NCBI RefSeq assembly: GCF_009914755.1 | Contig: NC_060943.1 | DNA: 64,000 nt | Direction: 5' to 3' (one strand) | Source: the human T2T-CHM13v2.0 reference genome, Homo sapiens | In this document: positions 14,091 to 33,702 of the stretch, piece by piece | How the letters are laid out: each line of letters opens with the position of its first letter | Numbering within the stretch: the stretch's first letter is position 1 | Position numbers and translations under genes: made by a program | Notes under the pieces: model-generated | What the model was told of the DNA's origin: nothing | Database searches by the model: none | Seen by the model: the letters and a program-made list of their open reading frames with translations, nothing else

Positions 14091-16180
14091 TCCACAGTTA
14101 AGTGACACAATCCTGGGTTTACCTTTCTCTGTCGGGATCATTTTTCTTAGCATGACGACCTCCAGGTCAGACACAAGGTCACAGGTGGCGGTTTCTGCCT
14201 TCCTCTGGCTGAATATATTTCATTAAATATATATTCCGCATTTTCTGTATCCAGTCATCCCTCTGTGGACTGATAGGTTGTTTCTGTGTCTTGGCTAGTT
14301 TAAATAATGGCGTAATAAACATAAAGTGCAGATTATCTCTTTAAGATACCGATTTCCTTTCCTTCAGACACATACTCAGAAGTGAGTTGTATTTTTAACT
14401 TTTTGAGGAACCTCTGTATGTTAGTTCATATGTCTGCACCAGTTTACATTCCCACCAACAGTGTACAAGGACTTCCCTTTCTCTACATGCTCTGCAACAG
14501 TTGTTCTCTCTTGTGAGGTGTTGGTGACTATTTTTAGTAATAGCCATTGTAACAGAAGTGAGATGGTATCTCATTGTGGTTTTGATTTGAATTTCCCTGA
14601 TAGTGATGTCAAGCATCTTTGTGTATTTATACCTGTTACTGATTTTTTAATTTTCTTGAAAAAAATGCCTATTCGGAAGATATACCTGTTTTTATTTGGG
14701 TGTTTTTTGTTTGTTTGTTTGTTTGCTATTAGGTTGAGTACCATATATATTTTGAATACTAACCTCTCATTAGATTATGGTTTGTAAATATTTCTCCTAT
14801 TCTGTGGGTTACCTTTTCATCTTGTTGATTGCGTCCTTTGCTGTGCAGAAGCTTTTTAGTTTGATATCATACCATTTGTCTATTTTTTATTATTTTGCCC
14901 GTGCTTTGTGGTATATACAAAAAATCTTTGCCAAGACAAATGTCAAGGAGCCTTTCCCTGTTTTCTTCTAGGAGTTTTACAGTTTCAGATCCTACACTTA
15001 AACCTTTAATCCATTTCAAATTGATTTTTGTATATGGCGTAAAATAAACAGTCTAATTTCTTTTTCTTCCTCCTACCTTCCTTTTTTTTCCTTTTATTTC
15101 TTCTTCTCTTTTTTTATTCTTGCATGTGAATATCCAGTTTTCCAAACATCGTTTATTGAAGAGACTATCCTTTTTCCATTGTGTCTCCTAGGCAACTTTG
15201 TCTAAAATAAATTGACCTTAAATGTGTGGGTTTATTTATGGGCTCTTTATTCTGTTCGATTGATTGCTATGTCTTTTCTTATGTCAGTATCATGCTGGTT
15301 TGATAAATATAGCTTAATAATATAATCTAAAAACAGGAAGAGTGTTGCTTCCAACTTTGTTCTCTCTCAAGAGTGCTTTGGCTGTTTAGAGCTTTTTGTG
15401 TTTCCACACATATTTTAGAATTATTTTTATTTATTCAAAAAAAGGTCATTGGAATTTTGATAGGAATTATATTGAATTTGTATGTTGCTGTAGGTAGTAT
15501 GGCAATTTTAACAATATTAATCATGAATGTGATACATATTTTATTTTTGTCTTCAGTATGTTTCATCAATATTTTATAGTGTTGAGTGTCTAGATCCTTC
15601 AAACCCTTGGTTAAATATCTTCCTAAGTGTTTTTTTTTAAATACTATTTAAATTGGATAGTTTTCTTGACTGCTTTTCAGGTAGGTCATTATGATGTAAA
15701 GAAGTGCAACTGATTTTTGTGTTGATGTTGTACCTAAAACTACTGAATTTATTCATTAGTTCTAACATTTTTTTGGGGAATTTGTTTTCTATGTATAGGA
15801 TCTTGCTATTTGCAGGGATAATTTTACTGCTTGTCCTCTGATATGGATGTCTTTTGTTTCTTTCTTTTTTTTTTTCTCTTGCCTAATTGCTCTCGTTACT
15901 ACTTCCAGTACCATGCTGAAAAGAAGTGGTGACAGCGGGCATTCTTGTCTTGTTCCTGACCTTAGAGGAAAAGTTTTAGTTTTCCCTGATTATTATGTTA
16001 ACTGTGAGTTTCTCATAGATGGCCTCTACTATATTGAGGAAATTTTCTTCTATTTCTAATTTGCCAGGAGTGTTAGATTTTTTCAAATGTTTTTTTCTGT
16101 GTCTATTGAGATAACCATGTGGTTTTTATCTTTCATTCTTTTAATGTGCTGTATCATTTGACTGATTTGTCTATGCTGAA
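14091..16180 (-). mobile_element. L1M (L1MA/MB-type) 3' UTR and 3' ORF2; right piece of the interrupted L1
   Basis: ORF 14395..14616(-) contains [14 protein letters not shown] (ORF2 C-terminus). It continues the consensus exactly where 4738-5132 stops. Confidence 0.88.
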
Positions 16181-17399
16181 ATTTTTGCTATAGGAAATGG
16201 AAAGCTATCAAAAGATTTTCATAAAGGATATTTTGGATAAGTCCCCTCAGACCACTGCTAGGCAATGGGTTCTCAAAAACTAAATATGGAGAAAAGAAAG
16301 TTTGAGATGTTGCGGTAGGAATGATGTTGGCTTGTAGGAGAGCCTATGGGTTGGGAGAGAAAGGGATGGATTTAAAAATTATTGGAATGGTAACCTAGCC
16401 TCAAGGAGAGGGGGATTCTCCGTGCTCCTTTCTTTTCTCATGTCTTTGATTTTTGCCACCTTGAAAGTTAATGTGATTGGTTAGATTTCAGGACAGAATA
16501 AAGGAATTATTTCTAGAGATTAATATTTTAAAGTATTCCAATTACACCGGAGTCAGGTTTTCCCCTCTCCTCCTCCTCCTCTCTCTCTTCCTTTTTTCCT
16601 TTTTCTCTTTGTTTCATTGTTTTTATTCCTTTTCTCTATGCATTAACACCACCAAAGAGGCTTGGAGAGTTAGTCTTGTTCTCACCCTCACACTCTGTGT
16701 CTTACAATTTTTTCCCTATGGCACTGTTGGAGGTGCAGACATGAGGTCGATTATATTCAAGAATCATGCTTGGGGAAGGGAGGAGAAACAAGATAAAGGG
16801 GCTTTGACTCAGGACTCCTTCAGTCCACTATCACAAGAAAAAGGAGATTTCCAAAGTATTCAGACCAGATCTCTAGTTTATTCAAACCTGAGTCAAAGCC
16901 TCATCTAATAATAAAGTTACTTTTCTCTGTCTCTTTTTTTTTACCTTTTTGTACCTACAGCTCCTTTAAATTAATTTTATAGAGAAATAATTGGTTTAAA
17001 AATAATTGGTTTGAAAAATAATTCAGATATTTTTGTGTCCTTTGAAACAATATTACCTTAAGAACACCTAAACATTCTTTGCAGCATTGAATTAAATAAT
17101 GCATGCCTTATTCATAACATGTTATAAAACAGCCATTTAAATAAGATTTATATGCATTAAATTGTAAAAGGGCCCAGCAGATATTGTCATTTGACTAAAA
17201 ATTGTAAAGTTAAAGAAATATAAACATTATAAAAGTCCACAAACCTTCACACCAAACTTTGAATGGTCAATAATATTCACTTAGGGGTGAATCCATCACT
17301 GGAAACAGTGATGGATTGTGACAAAGATCATTTTATATTTCACTTTATGGAATTCTTTTGTTTAAGTTATTTTGAGATATTGAAAAAATATTTCATATA

Positions 17400-17675
17400 T
17401 AAAATTTTATGAGGAATATTAATATGATTATTATTAATACAATGTAATAGTAATATTAATATATTTCTAATGTACAAATATGAGAAATATATTAATATAT
17501 TAATATATTTCTAATATACAAATATACAAATATATTAATATATTAATATATTTCTCATATAAATGTTAATATTCACTTTTATGTATAAGAAATATTTTAT
17601 ATAGATTTATATAAAATTTATATATTTATATGCATATAAACGCATATATTTATAAATAGTATAAATATATAAATT
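17400..17675. repeat. AT-rich low-complexity tract containing a perfect 33-bp inverted repeat
   Basis: 17478-17510 is the reverse complement of 17528-17560. Confidence 0.9.
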
Positions 17676-17677
17676 TC

Positions 17678-18565
17678 CATTTTTATTTTAGATTCAGTGG
17701 GTACATGTGCAGGTTTGCTACAAGGGTAAACTGTATGATGCTAAGGGTTTGACTTCTATTGATCCGATCATCCAGACAGTGAACGTAGTACCCAATAGGA
17801 ATTCAGTTCTTGTCCTCATTCCTCCCTCCCTCCTTTTGGATTCTACAGGGTGTGTTGTTCCCATCTTTATGTCCATCTGTATCTAAGATTTGGCTCCCAC
17901 TTATAAATGAGAACATGCAATGTTTGATTTTTTTTTCTGTGTCAATTTGCTTAAGATACTAGCCTCCAGCTTCATCCATATTGCTGCAAATGACATTATT
18001 TCATTTTTTACAGCTGTGTAGTATTTCCTGATGAATATGTACCACATTTGTTTATTTCAATGAGTTTTAGGGTACAGGTAGTTTTTGATTACATAGGTAA
18101 GTTCTTTAGTGGTAATTTTTGAAATTTTAGTGCACATGTCACCTGAGCAGTGTACACTCTATCCAATATGTAGTCTTTTATCCATCACCTCCCTGTCAAC
18201 ATTCCCCACCAAGTCCCCAAATTTCATTATATCACTCTATGCCTTTGCATCCTCATAGCTTAACTCCCACTTATATGTGAGAATATATGATATTTGGTTT
18301 TTCATTCCTGAGTTACTTCATTTGGAATAATGGCCTCCAGCTCCAACTAAGTTGCTGCAAAAGACATTATTTTGTTTCTTTTTATGACTGAGTAGTATTT
18401 CATGCTCTCTCTCTCTATATATATATATATACACACACACATATATGTATATGCACGTATATACATATATACATATATATACAGTCATATACATATATGT
18501 ATATGCACGTATATACATATATACCGTCATATACATATATACTTGCATATACATGTATGTGTGTA

Positions 18566-18603
<38 letters not shown>

Positions 18604-18677
18604 CACATACCACATTTTCTTTATCTACTCATTGATAAGTGAACACTTAGGTTGGTTCTATATCTTTGCAATTGTGG
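17678..18677 (-). mobile_element. Two adjacent L1 3' ends (L1PA15/16-like 17678-18050; L1PB/MA-like 18050-18677) with a TA/CA repeat at 18405-18608
   Basis: Two separate 3' UTR starts: TTTTAGATTCAGTGGGTACATGTGCAGG and TTTATTTCAATGAGTTTTAGGGTACAGG. Confidence 0.8.
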
Positions 18678-18679
18678 AT

Positions 18680-21600
18680 ATTGATCTTTCCTGCACAGAC
18701 TAAAGAACACAGCTGCAAATGCAATGATGCACAAAGGAGCCATGCATCTGAGTAAGAACCTGTCTACTGCCCATGGCTCTCAAGTGCCAAATAATGCAAA
18801 ATAGCCCAAACGACAACACCAAAAATAACTTTACTAATTATCACCTTCTGTAAACCAAAATCAGGAATTCAACAACAAACATTCTGTATGCAGCCTTATC
18901 CCTCTGAAATTTTCCAGGAGTGAAGTAAACTGACTATACTAAACTTAGACCACAGTTAAAGTAATACTGGCTCTCCTAGATGAGAAAGAATAAGCACAAG
19001 AACTCTGGCAGTTTAAAAAGAAAAAAAAAACTGTCTTTTTACCTCAGACAAGCCCACTAACTCCCCAGCAATGCTTCTTAACCAATCAATTGTCTGAAGT
19101 GACAGACATGGAATTCAGAATCTGGATAACAAGAGAGCTCCTTGAGATCAAGGAAAAAGTTGAAACTCAGTTCAAGGAAGACAAGCAATTCAGTAAATTG
19201 ATAAAGAGCTAAAAGACAAAATAGCCCTTTTAAAAGAGACCCAAACTGAACTTCTTGAGGTGAAAAATTAACTACAAGAATTTTATAATACAGTTGGAAG
19301 TATTAACAGTGGAATTGATCATGCTGAGAAAAGAATCTCAGAGCTTGAAGACCAGTTCTTCAAATTAACTCAGTCAGACAAAAATAAAGAAGAATTGAGA
19401 AAAATGAACAAAGTTTTCAAGAACTATAGGATTATGTAAAGAGACCAAATCTATGACTCACTGGCATTCCTGAGAGAGGAGAGAGAATAAGCAACTTGGA
19501 AAATGTGTTTGAGGTTATAGTTCATGAACATTTTCCCTAATCTTGCTAGAGAGGTTGACATGCAAATTCGAGAAATATAGAGAAGCTTCACCACATACTA
19601 TAAAAGATGACCATCTCCAAGGCACATAGTCATTAGATTCATCAAGTTCAATGAAAAAAAAACAAAAACAAACTCAAAAAGCCAAAAATGTAAAAGCAGC
19701 TAGAGGGAAGCGGCAGGGGCAATTCCCGATCAGGCTAGCATCAGACCAATCAGAAGAAACCTTGTAAACCAGAAGAGATTGAGGATCTATTTCCAGTATA
19801 CTTAAAAAAAAAAAAAAATTCCAACCAAGAATTTCATATCCTGACAAGCTAAGCTTCATAAATGACAGAGAAATAAGATCTTCCTCAGACAAGCAAATGT
19901 TGAGGGAATATATTTCAACTAGACTAGCCTTACAAGGGGTTCTTAACAGAAGTGTTAAACATAGATTAGAAAGAACAATACCTACTACCACAAAAGCACA
20001 CTTAAGTGCACAGCTACAGGCACTATAAAACAACTACACAATCAAGTCTACACCACAACCAGCTAACAACAACATCACAGCATCAAAATCATACACCTCA
20101 AGACTAAATTTGAATATACATGGGCTGAACACCCCATTTAAAAGACATAGAGTGGCAGCCTGAATAAAAAGATGAGATCTAACCATCTGTTGTCTTCAAA
20201 AGACCCATTTCACATGCAATAACACCTACAGGCTCAAAGTAAAATGGTAGAGTAAGAACTACCCTGCAAACAGAAAACAAAAAAGAGCCAGATTTCTATT
20301 CTTGTGTCAGATAAAATAGACTTTAAATCAATAAAAATTGAGAAGGACAGTGAATGGCATTACACAATGATAACAATAAATGTATTCAACATTGGAGCAC
20401 CCAGATTCACAAAACAACTTCCTCTTGGCCTATGAACAGACTTAGACTACCACGCAATAATAGTGGAGACTTCAACACCCCATTGACAGTGTTAGCCAGA
20501 TCATATAAGTAAAAAACTAACAAAGAATCTCTGGAATTAAGATTGACAGTTGACAAATTGGACTTCATAGACATCCACAGAACACTCCACTCAACAACCA
20601 CAGAATTATTCTCATCTGCACACGCAGTGTATTCTAAGTTCTCCCACATGCTCAGTCATAAAGCAAGCTTCAATAAATTTTAAAGAAATTGAAATTATAC
20701 CAAGCATAACCTCTAATCACAGTGCAATAAGAATAGAAATGGAAACCAAAAGATCTCTCCAATCTACACAAATACATGGAAATTAAACAGCTTACTTCAA
20801 GTAACTCCTGGGTGGACACTGAAATTAAGGCAGAAATAAAATTCTTTGAAATTAGTAAAAATGGGACACAACTTTCCAAAATCTCTGATATACAGCCAAA
20901 GCTGTGTTAAGAGGAAAGTAGCCTTCAATGCCTTCAACAAAAAGTCAGAAAGATTTGAAATTAATAAGCTAACTTTGTACTTAAAGGAACTAGGAAAGAA
21001 GAACAAACAACTCCAAAGCTAGCAGAAGAAAAGAAATAATGAAAATCTGAAAACACCTTGAGACCAGAAAATCCATACAAAGGCTCAACAAAACCAAAAG
21101 CTGGTTGTTTGAAAGGATAAATGAGATTGATAGACTATAAGCTAGATTAAGAAAAAAAAGAGAGGGGATTCAAATAAACACAATACACCATCAGAAATGA
21201 CACAGGTAACATTACAACCGATCCAAAAGAGATGCAGAACATCATCAAAGACTGTGATGAACCCCTTTGTGTTCATAACACACAAACTAGAAAATCTAAA
21301 AGAAATGGATAATCCCTGGAAATGCCCAACTTCCCAAGACTAAGTCAGGAAGAAATAGAAATCCCAAATATACTAATATCAAGTTTTGAAATTAAATCAG
21401 TAATAAATAACATACCAACCAAAATAGCCCTGGATCAAGTGGATTCACAGCTGAATTCTACCAGATATAGGAAGAAGAACTGACATCAATCCTACTGAAA
21501 TGATTTCAAAAAAAATCAAGGAGGATGGACTTTTTCTGTGAAGCCAGCATCAGCCTGATACCAATATCTGGCAGAGACCCAATGAAAAAAGAAAACTTCA

Positions 21601-24022
21601 GACCAATATAGATTATGAACATAGACACAAAAATCCTCAATGAAATACTAACAAATCTAATCCAGCAGAATAGCAAAAAGTTAATACACCATGATCAAGT
21701 AAGCTTTATTCCTGAAATGTATGGCTGGCTTAACATATGCAAATTGATAAATGTGATTAACCACATAAAAAAATAAAAAGCAAAAACCATATGGCTATCT
21801 CAATAGATGCATAAAAACTTTTGATAAAATCCAACATCCCTTTATGATAAAACCCTCAACAAAGTAGTCATTGAAAGAACACACCTCAAAATAATAAGAG
21901 CCATTTATGACAAACACACAGCCAACATTTTACTGAATGAGCTCGAACCACTCACTTTGAGAACTGGAAAAAGACAAAGATGCCCACTTTCACCACTCCT
22001 ATTCAACATAGTACTAGAAGTTCTTGCCAGGGCAGTCAGGCAAGAGAAAGAAACAAAAGACACCCAAATAAGAAAAGAATAAGTCAAATCGTCTATCTTC
22101 ACTGATATTATCATTCTGCACTTAGAAAATCCTAAAGACTCTTCCAAAAGGCTCCTAGAACTGATAAATAACTTTAGTAAAGTTTCAGGATACAAAAATC
22201 AATGTACAAAGAATTTGTATATACCAAAAATGTCCAGGCTGAGAGTCAAATCAAGAACACAACCCCACTTAGACAATAGCCAGACACACACACACAAATG
22301 CTCAGGAATATAGCTAGCCAAGTAGATGAAAGATCGCTATAAGGAGAAATACAGAACACTGCTGAAAGAAATCAGAGATGACAAAAATAAATGGAAAAGC
22401 ATTCCATGCTCATGGATAAAAAGAATCAATATAAAACTGGCCATATTGCCCAAGGCAATTTACAGATTCAAATGCTGTTTCTATCAAACTACCAATGTCA
22501 TTCTTTACAGAATTAGAAAAAGTACTATTCTAAAATTCAGATAGAACCAAAAAAGAGCCCCAAGAACCAAAGCAATCCCAAGCAAAAAGAACAAAGCATC
22601 ACACTACTCAACTTCAAACTCTACTATAAAGCCATCATAACCAAAGCAGCTTGATACTGCTACAAAAACAGACGCATAGACCAATGTAACAGAATAGAAA
22701 ACTCAGAAATAAAAACACACAGCTAGAAACCATCTAATATTCAAAAAGGCCAACAAAAGCAAGCAATGAAGAAAGGGCCCCCTATCCAATAAATGATGCT
22801 GGATAACTGACTAGCCATATGCAAAAGATTGATGGTGGACTCCTACCATTCACCATGTACAAAAATTAACTCAGAATGGATTAAAGATTTAAATGTAAGA
22901 CCTCAAGTTTTAAAAGTCCTGGAAAAAAACCTAGGAAATACTCTTCTTTATTTGACCTTGGCAGAAAATTGTTTGACTAAGTCCCCAAAAGCAATTGCAA
23001 CAAAACCAAAAATAGACAAGTGGGACCTAATTAAACTAAAGAGCTTCTGCACAGCAAAAGAAAATATAAACAGAGCGAACAGACAGCCTACACAATGGGA
23101 GAAGATATCCTCAAATTATGCATCTAACAAAGGCCTAATTTCCAGAATTTATAGGGAACTTAAATCAACAAGCAAAAATTAATTCCATTAAAAAGTGGGC
23201 AAAGGACATGAGCCTATACTTTTGAAAAGACACGAGTGTCCAAAAAACATGAAAACATGCTCGGCGTTACTAATAATCAGAGAAATGAAAATCCAAACCA
23301 CAATTAGATACCGTCTCATACCAGTCAAAATGGCTATTTATAAAATGTCAAAAAACAACATATACTGGCAAGGCTTTAGAGAAAAGGAAATGCTTATACA
23401 CTGTTGCTGTGAATGTAAATTAATCCAGCTACTCTGGAAAGCAGTCTGGAGATTTCTCAAGTAACTTATAACATAGCTACCATTTGACCTGGAAATCTCA
23501 TGATTGGGTTTATATTCAAAAGAAAATAAATTATTCCACCAAAAAGGCACATGTACTTGTATGTCCATCGCTATGCTATTTGCAATTGCGAAGACATGGA
23601 GTCAACTCAGGTGCCCATTAATTTTAAGTTGGATAAGGAAAATATGATACATATTCTCTATGGAATACTATGTAGACATAAAAACTGAGATCATATCCTT
23701 TAAAGCAACATAGATGGAGCTGGAGATCATAATCTTAAACAAATTAACACAGAAACAGAAAACCAAATACTACATGTTGTCACTTATAAGTGGGAGCTAA
23801 CCCTATAGCACACACAGACATCAATATGGGGACAATTGACACTGTGGACTACTAGAGGGTGGAGGAAGTGGGGGTGGGTTAAAAAACTACCTATTGGGTA
23901 CTATGCTCACTACCTGGGTGATGAGATCCACACTCCAAACCACAGCATTACTCAATATTCCCACGTAACACACTTGCACATTTGCCCTTTGTATCTAAAA
24001 GTTTAAATGTAAAAAAGACAAA
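18680..24022 (+). mobile_element. Near full-length old L1 (L1PA15/16-like), ORF1 and ORF2 disrupted
   Basis: Colinear part of 5'UTR, ORF1 (~19070-19980) and ORF2 (e.g. [18 protein letters not shown] at 22829..23182), then 3'UTR and a short A tail. Confidence 0.92.
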
Positions 24023-24034
24023 TATAAGCATGCT

Positions 24035-28671
<4,637 letters not shown>

Positions 28672-29508
28672 CAGCCCTAGCTGATGGTAATTTTCTTTAT
28701 AGTATTTCTGTTTTCAATTTCATTTATTTCTATTAAAATATTTATTATGTTTTAATTTTTTTCTTCATATTTAATTTAATATTCCCTTTCTAGTTTATTA
28801 AGGTGGGAGCTTAGATTATTGGTTGTATATCTTATTTTTAATGTATGCAATCAATGCTATAAATTTTCCTCTAAGCACTGCTTTGCTGCATCCCACACAT
28901 TTGATAAGTTGTGCTTTTTGTTTCATTAGAAATATTTTTAAATTTTTCTTGAGATTTCTTCTTTGACCTATTAGTTATAAGGGTGTTGTTTATTATCTAA
29001 GTATTTTGAAGTCTTCTTGCTATCTTTTTGTTATTAATTTCTACTGTAATTCCATTGTTGTCTGCAAGTATACATTGTATGATTTTCATTTTTTTATATT
29101 TGTTAATGTGTGTTTTATGGCTCAGAATGTTGTCTATATTGGTAACTCTTCCACGTGAGCTTGATCAGAATGTGTTGGATAAAGTAGTCTATGAATGTTC
29201 ATGATGTTTAGTGGATAGATGATGCTGTTTCACTATGCACTTGATGGTTTTCTTTTTTCTATATCTGTCTATATCTGATGTGAGTGTTAAAGACTTCAAC
29301 TAAAAAAATGGATTAATCTAGTCTCCTTGAAACACTGAGTTTTTACCTCTTGCATTTTGATACTCTGTTCTTTAGGTGCACACACATGAAGAATCCTCAT
29401 GTCTATTCAGAGAATTGACCCCTTTATCATTGTGTAATTGTCCTTATCTTTGGTAATTTCCTTGCACTGAAGTCTGCTCTGTCTGAAATTAATACCACTA
29501 CTCCCACC
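28672..29508 (-). mobile_element. Old L1M ORF2 endonuclease-region fragment
   Basis: GCTATAAATTTTCCTCTAAGCACTGCTTTGCTGCATCCCAC... matches reverse L1 ORF2. Confidence 0.78.
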
Positions 29509-29802
29509 TTTTTTTTTTTTTGAGACGGAGTTTCGCTGTTGTTACCTGGGTTGAAATGCAGTGGCGTGATCTTGGTTCATTGCAACCTCTGCCTTTGGTT
29601 TCAAGCGATTCTCCTGTCTCAGCCTCCCGAGTAGCTGGGATTACAGGCGCCTGCCACCACACCCGGCTAATTTTTCATTTTTTTAGTAGAGACGGGGTTT
29701 CACCATGTTGGCCAGGATGGTCTCGCTCTCTTGACCTCGTGATCTGTCCGCCTTGGCCTCCCAAAGTGCTGGGATTACAGGCATGAGCTACCATGCCTGG
29801 CC
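29508..29802 (-). mobile_element. AluS
   Basis: poly(T) followed by reverse Alu. Confidence 0.95.
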
Positions 29803-30245
29803 ATTAAATTTAGAATTAAGACCAGAAATCAGGACAAATGTCCACTAATTAAAGCTCAGATGGAGCATTCAGATAAGGCATTATGACAAGTTAGGGCACA
29901 GATGATAAGAGATTTTGATCTAATTATTCTCAGAATCTTCTGTCACAGATATAAAATAATTATAACCTACGGAAGACATGAAGACACATTCCTGCCCCCA
30001 CATCCAATAAGTAGGGTCATAACTATTTCATTACCCTTCCCCTCTGTTTCCACCCATAACTCCAATTCCCAGAAATAAAGTAGAAAATAAGAAAAAAACA
30101 GGTTTGGGGGATTTGGAAACAGGAAGGTTAGAACCATGGATGTAAAGAAGGACGCTGGAGAGACTGAACTGGAAAATACCGTGGAAATAATGCAGTCTAG
30201 GCTTAGAGTGTGTTTTCTCTTTCTAGCAATAAAAACCACACTTCT

Positions 30246-30556
<311 letters not shown>

Positions 30557-31169
30557 TTAGTGAAGATCATGCCCATTATTATAAATTTTCCTTTAAAGCA
30601 AGAAAATGTATACCTATTAGAGGATTTAAATTGCTAGAAAAATACCTAGAGATTACACACATTAACCCAGTTATTCTTGTCATAAAACACTTAAAAAGTG
30701 ATCACATTTGTTTATCACTCCAGAGTAAGTTTTGGAAAATACTTGAGAGCAGAGGCAATGCCCAAATCTCCCTGGCCAAGGTAAAAGCTCTTCTAGGCAA
30801 TTTTTTATTCGAGTAGGAAATAAAAACTGTGTTGCTAGTTTATTTAGAAAGTGACAAAAATGTAAGCACTATGCATATAATTCTATGTATTATAGGGAAT
30901 TAGTTACATAGCTAGGACTTTTCTCAAGGGAAAACTCTTGGCATATTTTTAACATTTAATAATTATATGAATATAGATGAAATATTTTAAAATATTAACA
31001 AATAGAACATCAGTATATTAAAAGAGTGGCATGTTATTCTCCAAATCAGAACCATTTTATAATAGTAATACAATAAATACTACTTATTATGCTAAATTTT
31101 TTTCTTACATATGCTGGACACTTGTATATGTACCTCACTTGTATTAATCCATTTAAAATTTAAAAGATT

Positions 31170-31330
31170 GGCCAGACACAGTGGCTTACACCTGTAATCC
31201 CAGAACTTTGGGAAGCGGAGGCAAGAGGATCACTTGAGGCCAGGAGTTTGAGACCAGCCGTTTGAGACCAGCCTGGGCACTATAGCAAGATCCTGTCTCT
31301 CAAAATTTTTTTTTTTAAAAAGAAAAAAAT
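31170..31330 (+). mobile_element. Alu monomer (FLAM/AluJ left arm) with a 14-bp internal duplication
   Basis: Left-arm sequence only; GTTTGAGACCAGCC occurs twice in tandem. Confidence 0.8.
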
Positions 31331-31871
31331 TTTAATGTAAAAGATTCCTAAGTGGAGTTGATGTTATCTCTAATGAACAATGAAATGAACAGAGATACAA
31401 GAGATACAGATAATTTTAATAACTTGTCCACAGGTGCACAGTCCAGGAACATCAGTAATCTAATAAACATTATATAAAGTCAATAGCTGCCCAAAAAGCT
31501 CTTAACAAAACTTTGGCAACTATTCTCAGTGCACTTTATGAGATCACTGTTAGAGGGGCACTTTTATAGAAAACACTGTAAGCTCACACCCAACACTCCG
31601 TGTGTTTTCTATACCTTCCACTTCCCCTTAGTCCAGGCAATGCGATTAAGTAGAAGTAATTTTTAAAAATCCCTTCCAGATTTGGCCCTTAAAATAATCT
31701 ACACATAGGATTCTCTAACTTCTCTAACTTCTTCACTGCCTGATAACCTTTGAGAAGTTGTGTTCCAGGTGATGTAGCTACATGATGGTGAGGAGCTGCG
31801 GGACTGACCTTGGACTGTTTTTGAGTGGGAAATAAACCTTTATTGTGTTAAACCACTGAAATTACAGAAGC

Positions 31872-32178
31872 TTTTCTTTTTTTTCTTTTTTTTTTTTTGA
31901 GACGGAGTCTCGCTCTGTTGCCCAGGCTGGAGTGCAGTGGTGCGATCTCGGCTCACTGCAACCTCTGCCTCCCAGATTCAAGCAATTCTCTGCCTCAGCC
32001 TCCCGAGCAGCTGGGATTACAGGCACCCGCCATCACGCCTAACTAACTTTTGTATTTTTAGTAGAGGCAGGGTTTCACCATCTTGGCCAGGCTGGTCTTG
32101 AATTCCTGACCTTGTGATCCACCCTCCTCGGCCTCCCAAAGTGCTGGGATTACAGGCGTGAGCCACCGCGTCCAGCCT
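31872..32178 (-). mobile_element. AluS
   Basis: poly(T) followed by reverse Alu. Confidence 0.95.
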
Positions 32179-32871
32179 CAAAAGCCTTTTTATTTCAGCA
32201 GTTAGAGCTAATTTCTTGGACAAATACAGTGAAAAACTACATCAATAAAACAAATATAAGAAAAAATTATGACTATCTCAAACTAATATTCAGTAGCATT
32301 ATTAATGAGAATCACAAGATATATATTACTTGACCGGCAGTAACAAAACAGAAATGCCAGCTATTTTTCAGAATACAAAGTAAAATAAACAGAAACATCT
32401 CTAAAGATTTCTTTTGCAATAGTAATAACTATTCAGGAAATATAAAGGAAGAAGAATCCCAATGTATTAACAGTAACATGCATATAGAATATTTAGAAAT
32501 AAGCTAACAAAAATGTTCATGTTGAAGATGGAAAATAATATGACAAGATGTTACTATGCTGAGTATAGGTGAAAGTGGGAAGAAAGAGGTGTACTATATT
32601 AGTCAGGGTCCCAGAGGAAAACAGGTGTCTACGCTAATCGGATAATTAAGAATTTAATGAAAAGACTAATTAAAGTATGGGAAAGTAAGGGGCACAAACA
32701 CAAGTGTAAGAAACAGTGATGCACTCTGGGACTTGCAACACCAGGAAGCTGTTACCAGCTCTAGGCCTGAGGAGCATGGGAAAAACAAACAAACAAAAAA
32801 CAAAAAAAAAACAATTTACAAAACAAGGGGGGCACTGAGAAAAGTGGCTAACAAAACAACCTGTTATCTCA

Positions 32872-33091
32872 GGGGTTCAAGACCACCCTGGCCAACATGG
32901 CGAAACCCCATCTCTACTAAAAATACAAAAATTAGCCGGGTGCAGTGGCTTGCACCTGTAATCCCAGCTACTCCGAAAGCTGAGTCAGGAGAATTGCTTG
33001 AACCCAGGAGACGGTGGTTGCAGTGAACCAAGATTGCGCCATTGCACTTCAGCCTGGGCAACAGAGCAAGACTACATCTCAAAAAAAAAAA
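32872..33091 (+). mobile_element. 5'-truncated AluS
   Basis: Begins at GGTTCAAGACCA and ends in poly(A). Confidence 0.9.
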
Positions 33092-33702
33092 GGCCATTAT
33101 CAGGAAAGCTGGGATATAAATCTCACTTCCCTCCCACCTCCCAGTCCTTGTCAGACCTGTACATGGGCTGCACCTAATTAAGAGTTGGAGGGCAAGGGAA
33201 CTCGTGAGTGTATTAATAAAAACTAGCTTCCTGGACATATAGCAGAATGCAAAAGGGTAAAAAATAAATCTGGGTGGGTAAATGTGATGGAATACTATAC
33301 TGTTTCCCTAAATTAGAAGTTGAATGAAAAAAATGTCAGTAGTCCCACCATCATTTATAGATTTAATATGATTCCTTTTATAATACTAATAAGAAATGGG
33401 GACACATTATGAAATAATCCTTAAGTTCATCTGGAAAAATAAAGAGGTTAAAAATGATAATAATAAAACAAAAGACTGGCAATAATGGGGGAATTATTTT
33501 TACATATACATGCATATAATAATAAAAGTCATTTGTACAAGTTTATACACATACATGTAAATTAATAGGATCAAATGAATGACTTCATCTCCAACACAAT
33601 CATTTGCATGCATGGATAACTACATTTGTGTGTATGAAACAAGAGCTAACCTAGAGACACCTGGGAAGGCTAGACACTTGTCAGATTGTTTTTCAGACCT
33701 AC

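Noticed and set aside
13066-14226. Several long overlapping ORFs (270 aa +, 218 aa -, 143 aa +)
   Set aside because: Arg/Pro/Gly/Ala-rich frames on both strands are expected from stop-codon scarcity in a CpG island; no recognisable protein.
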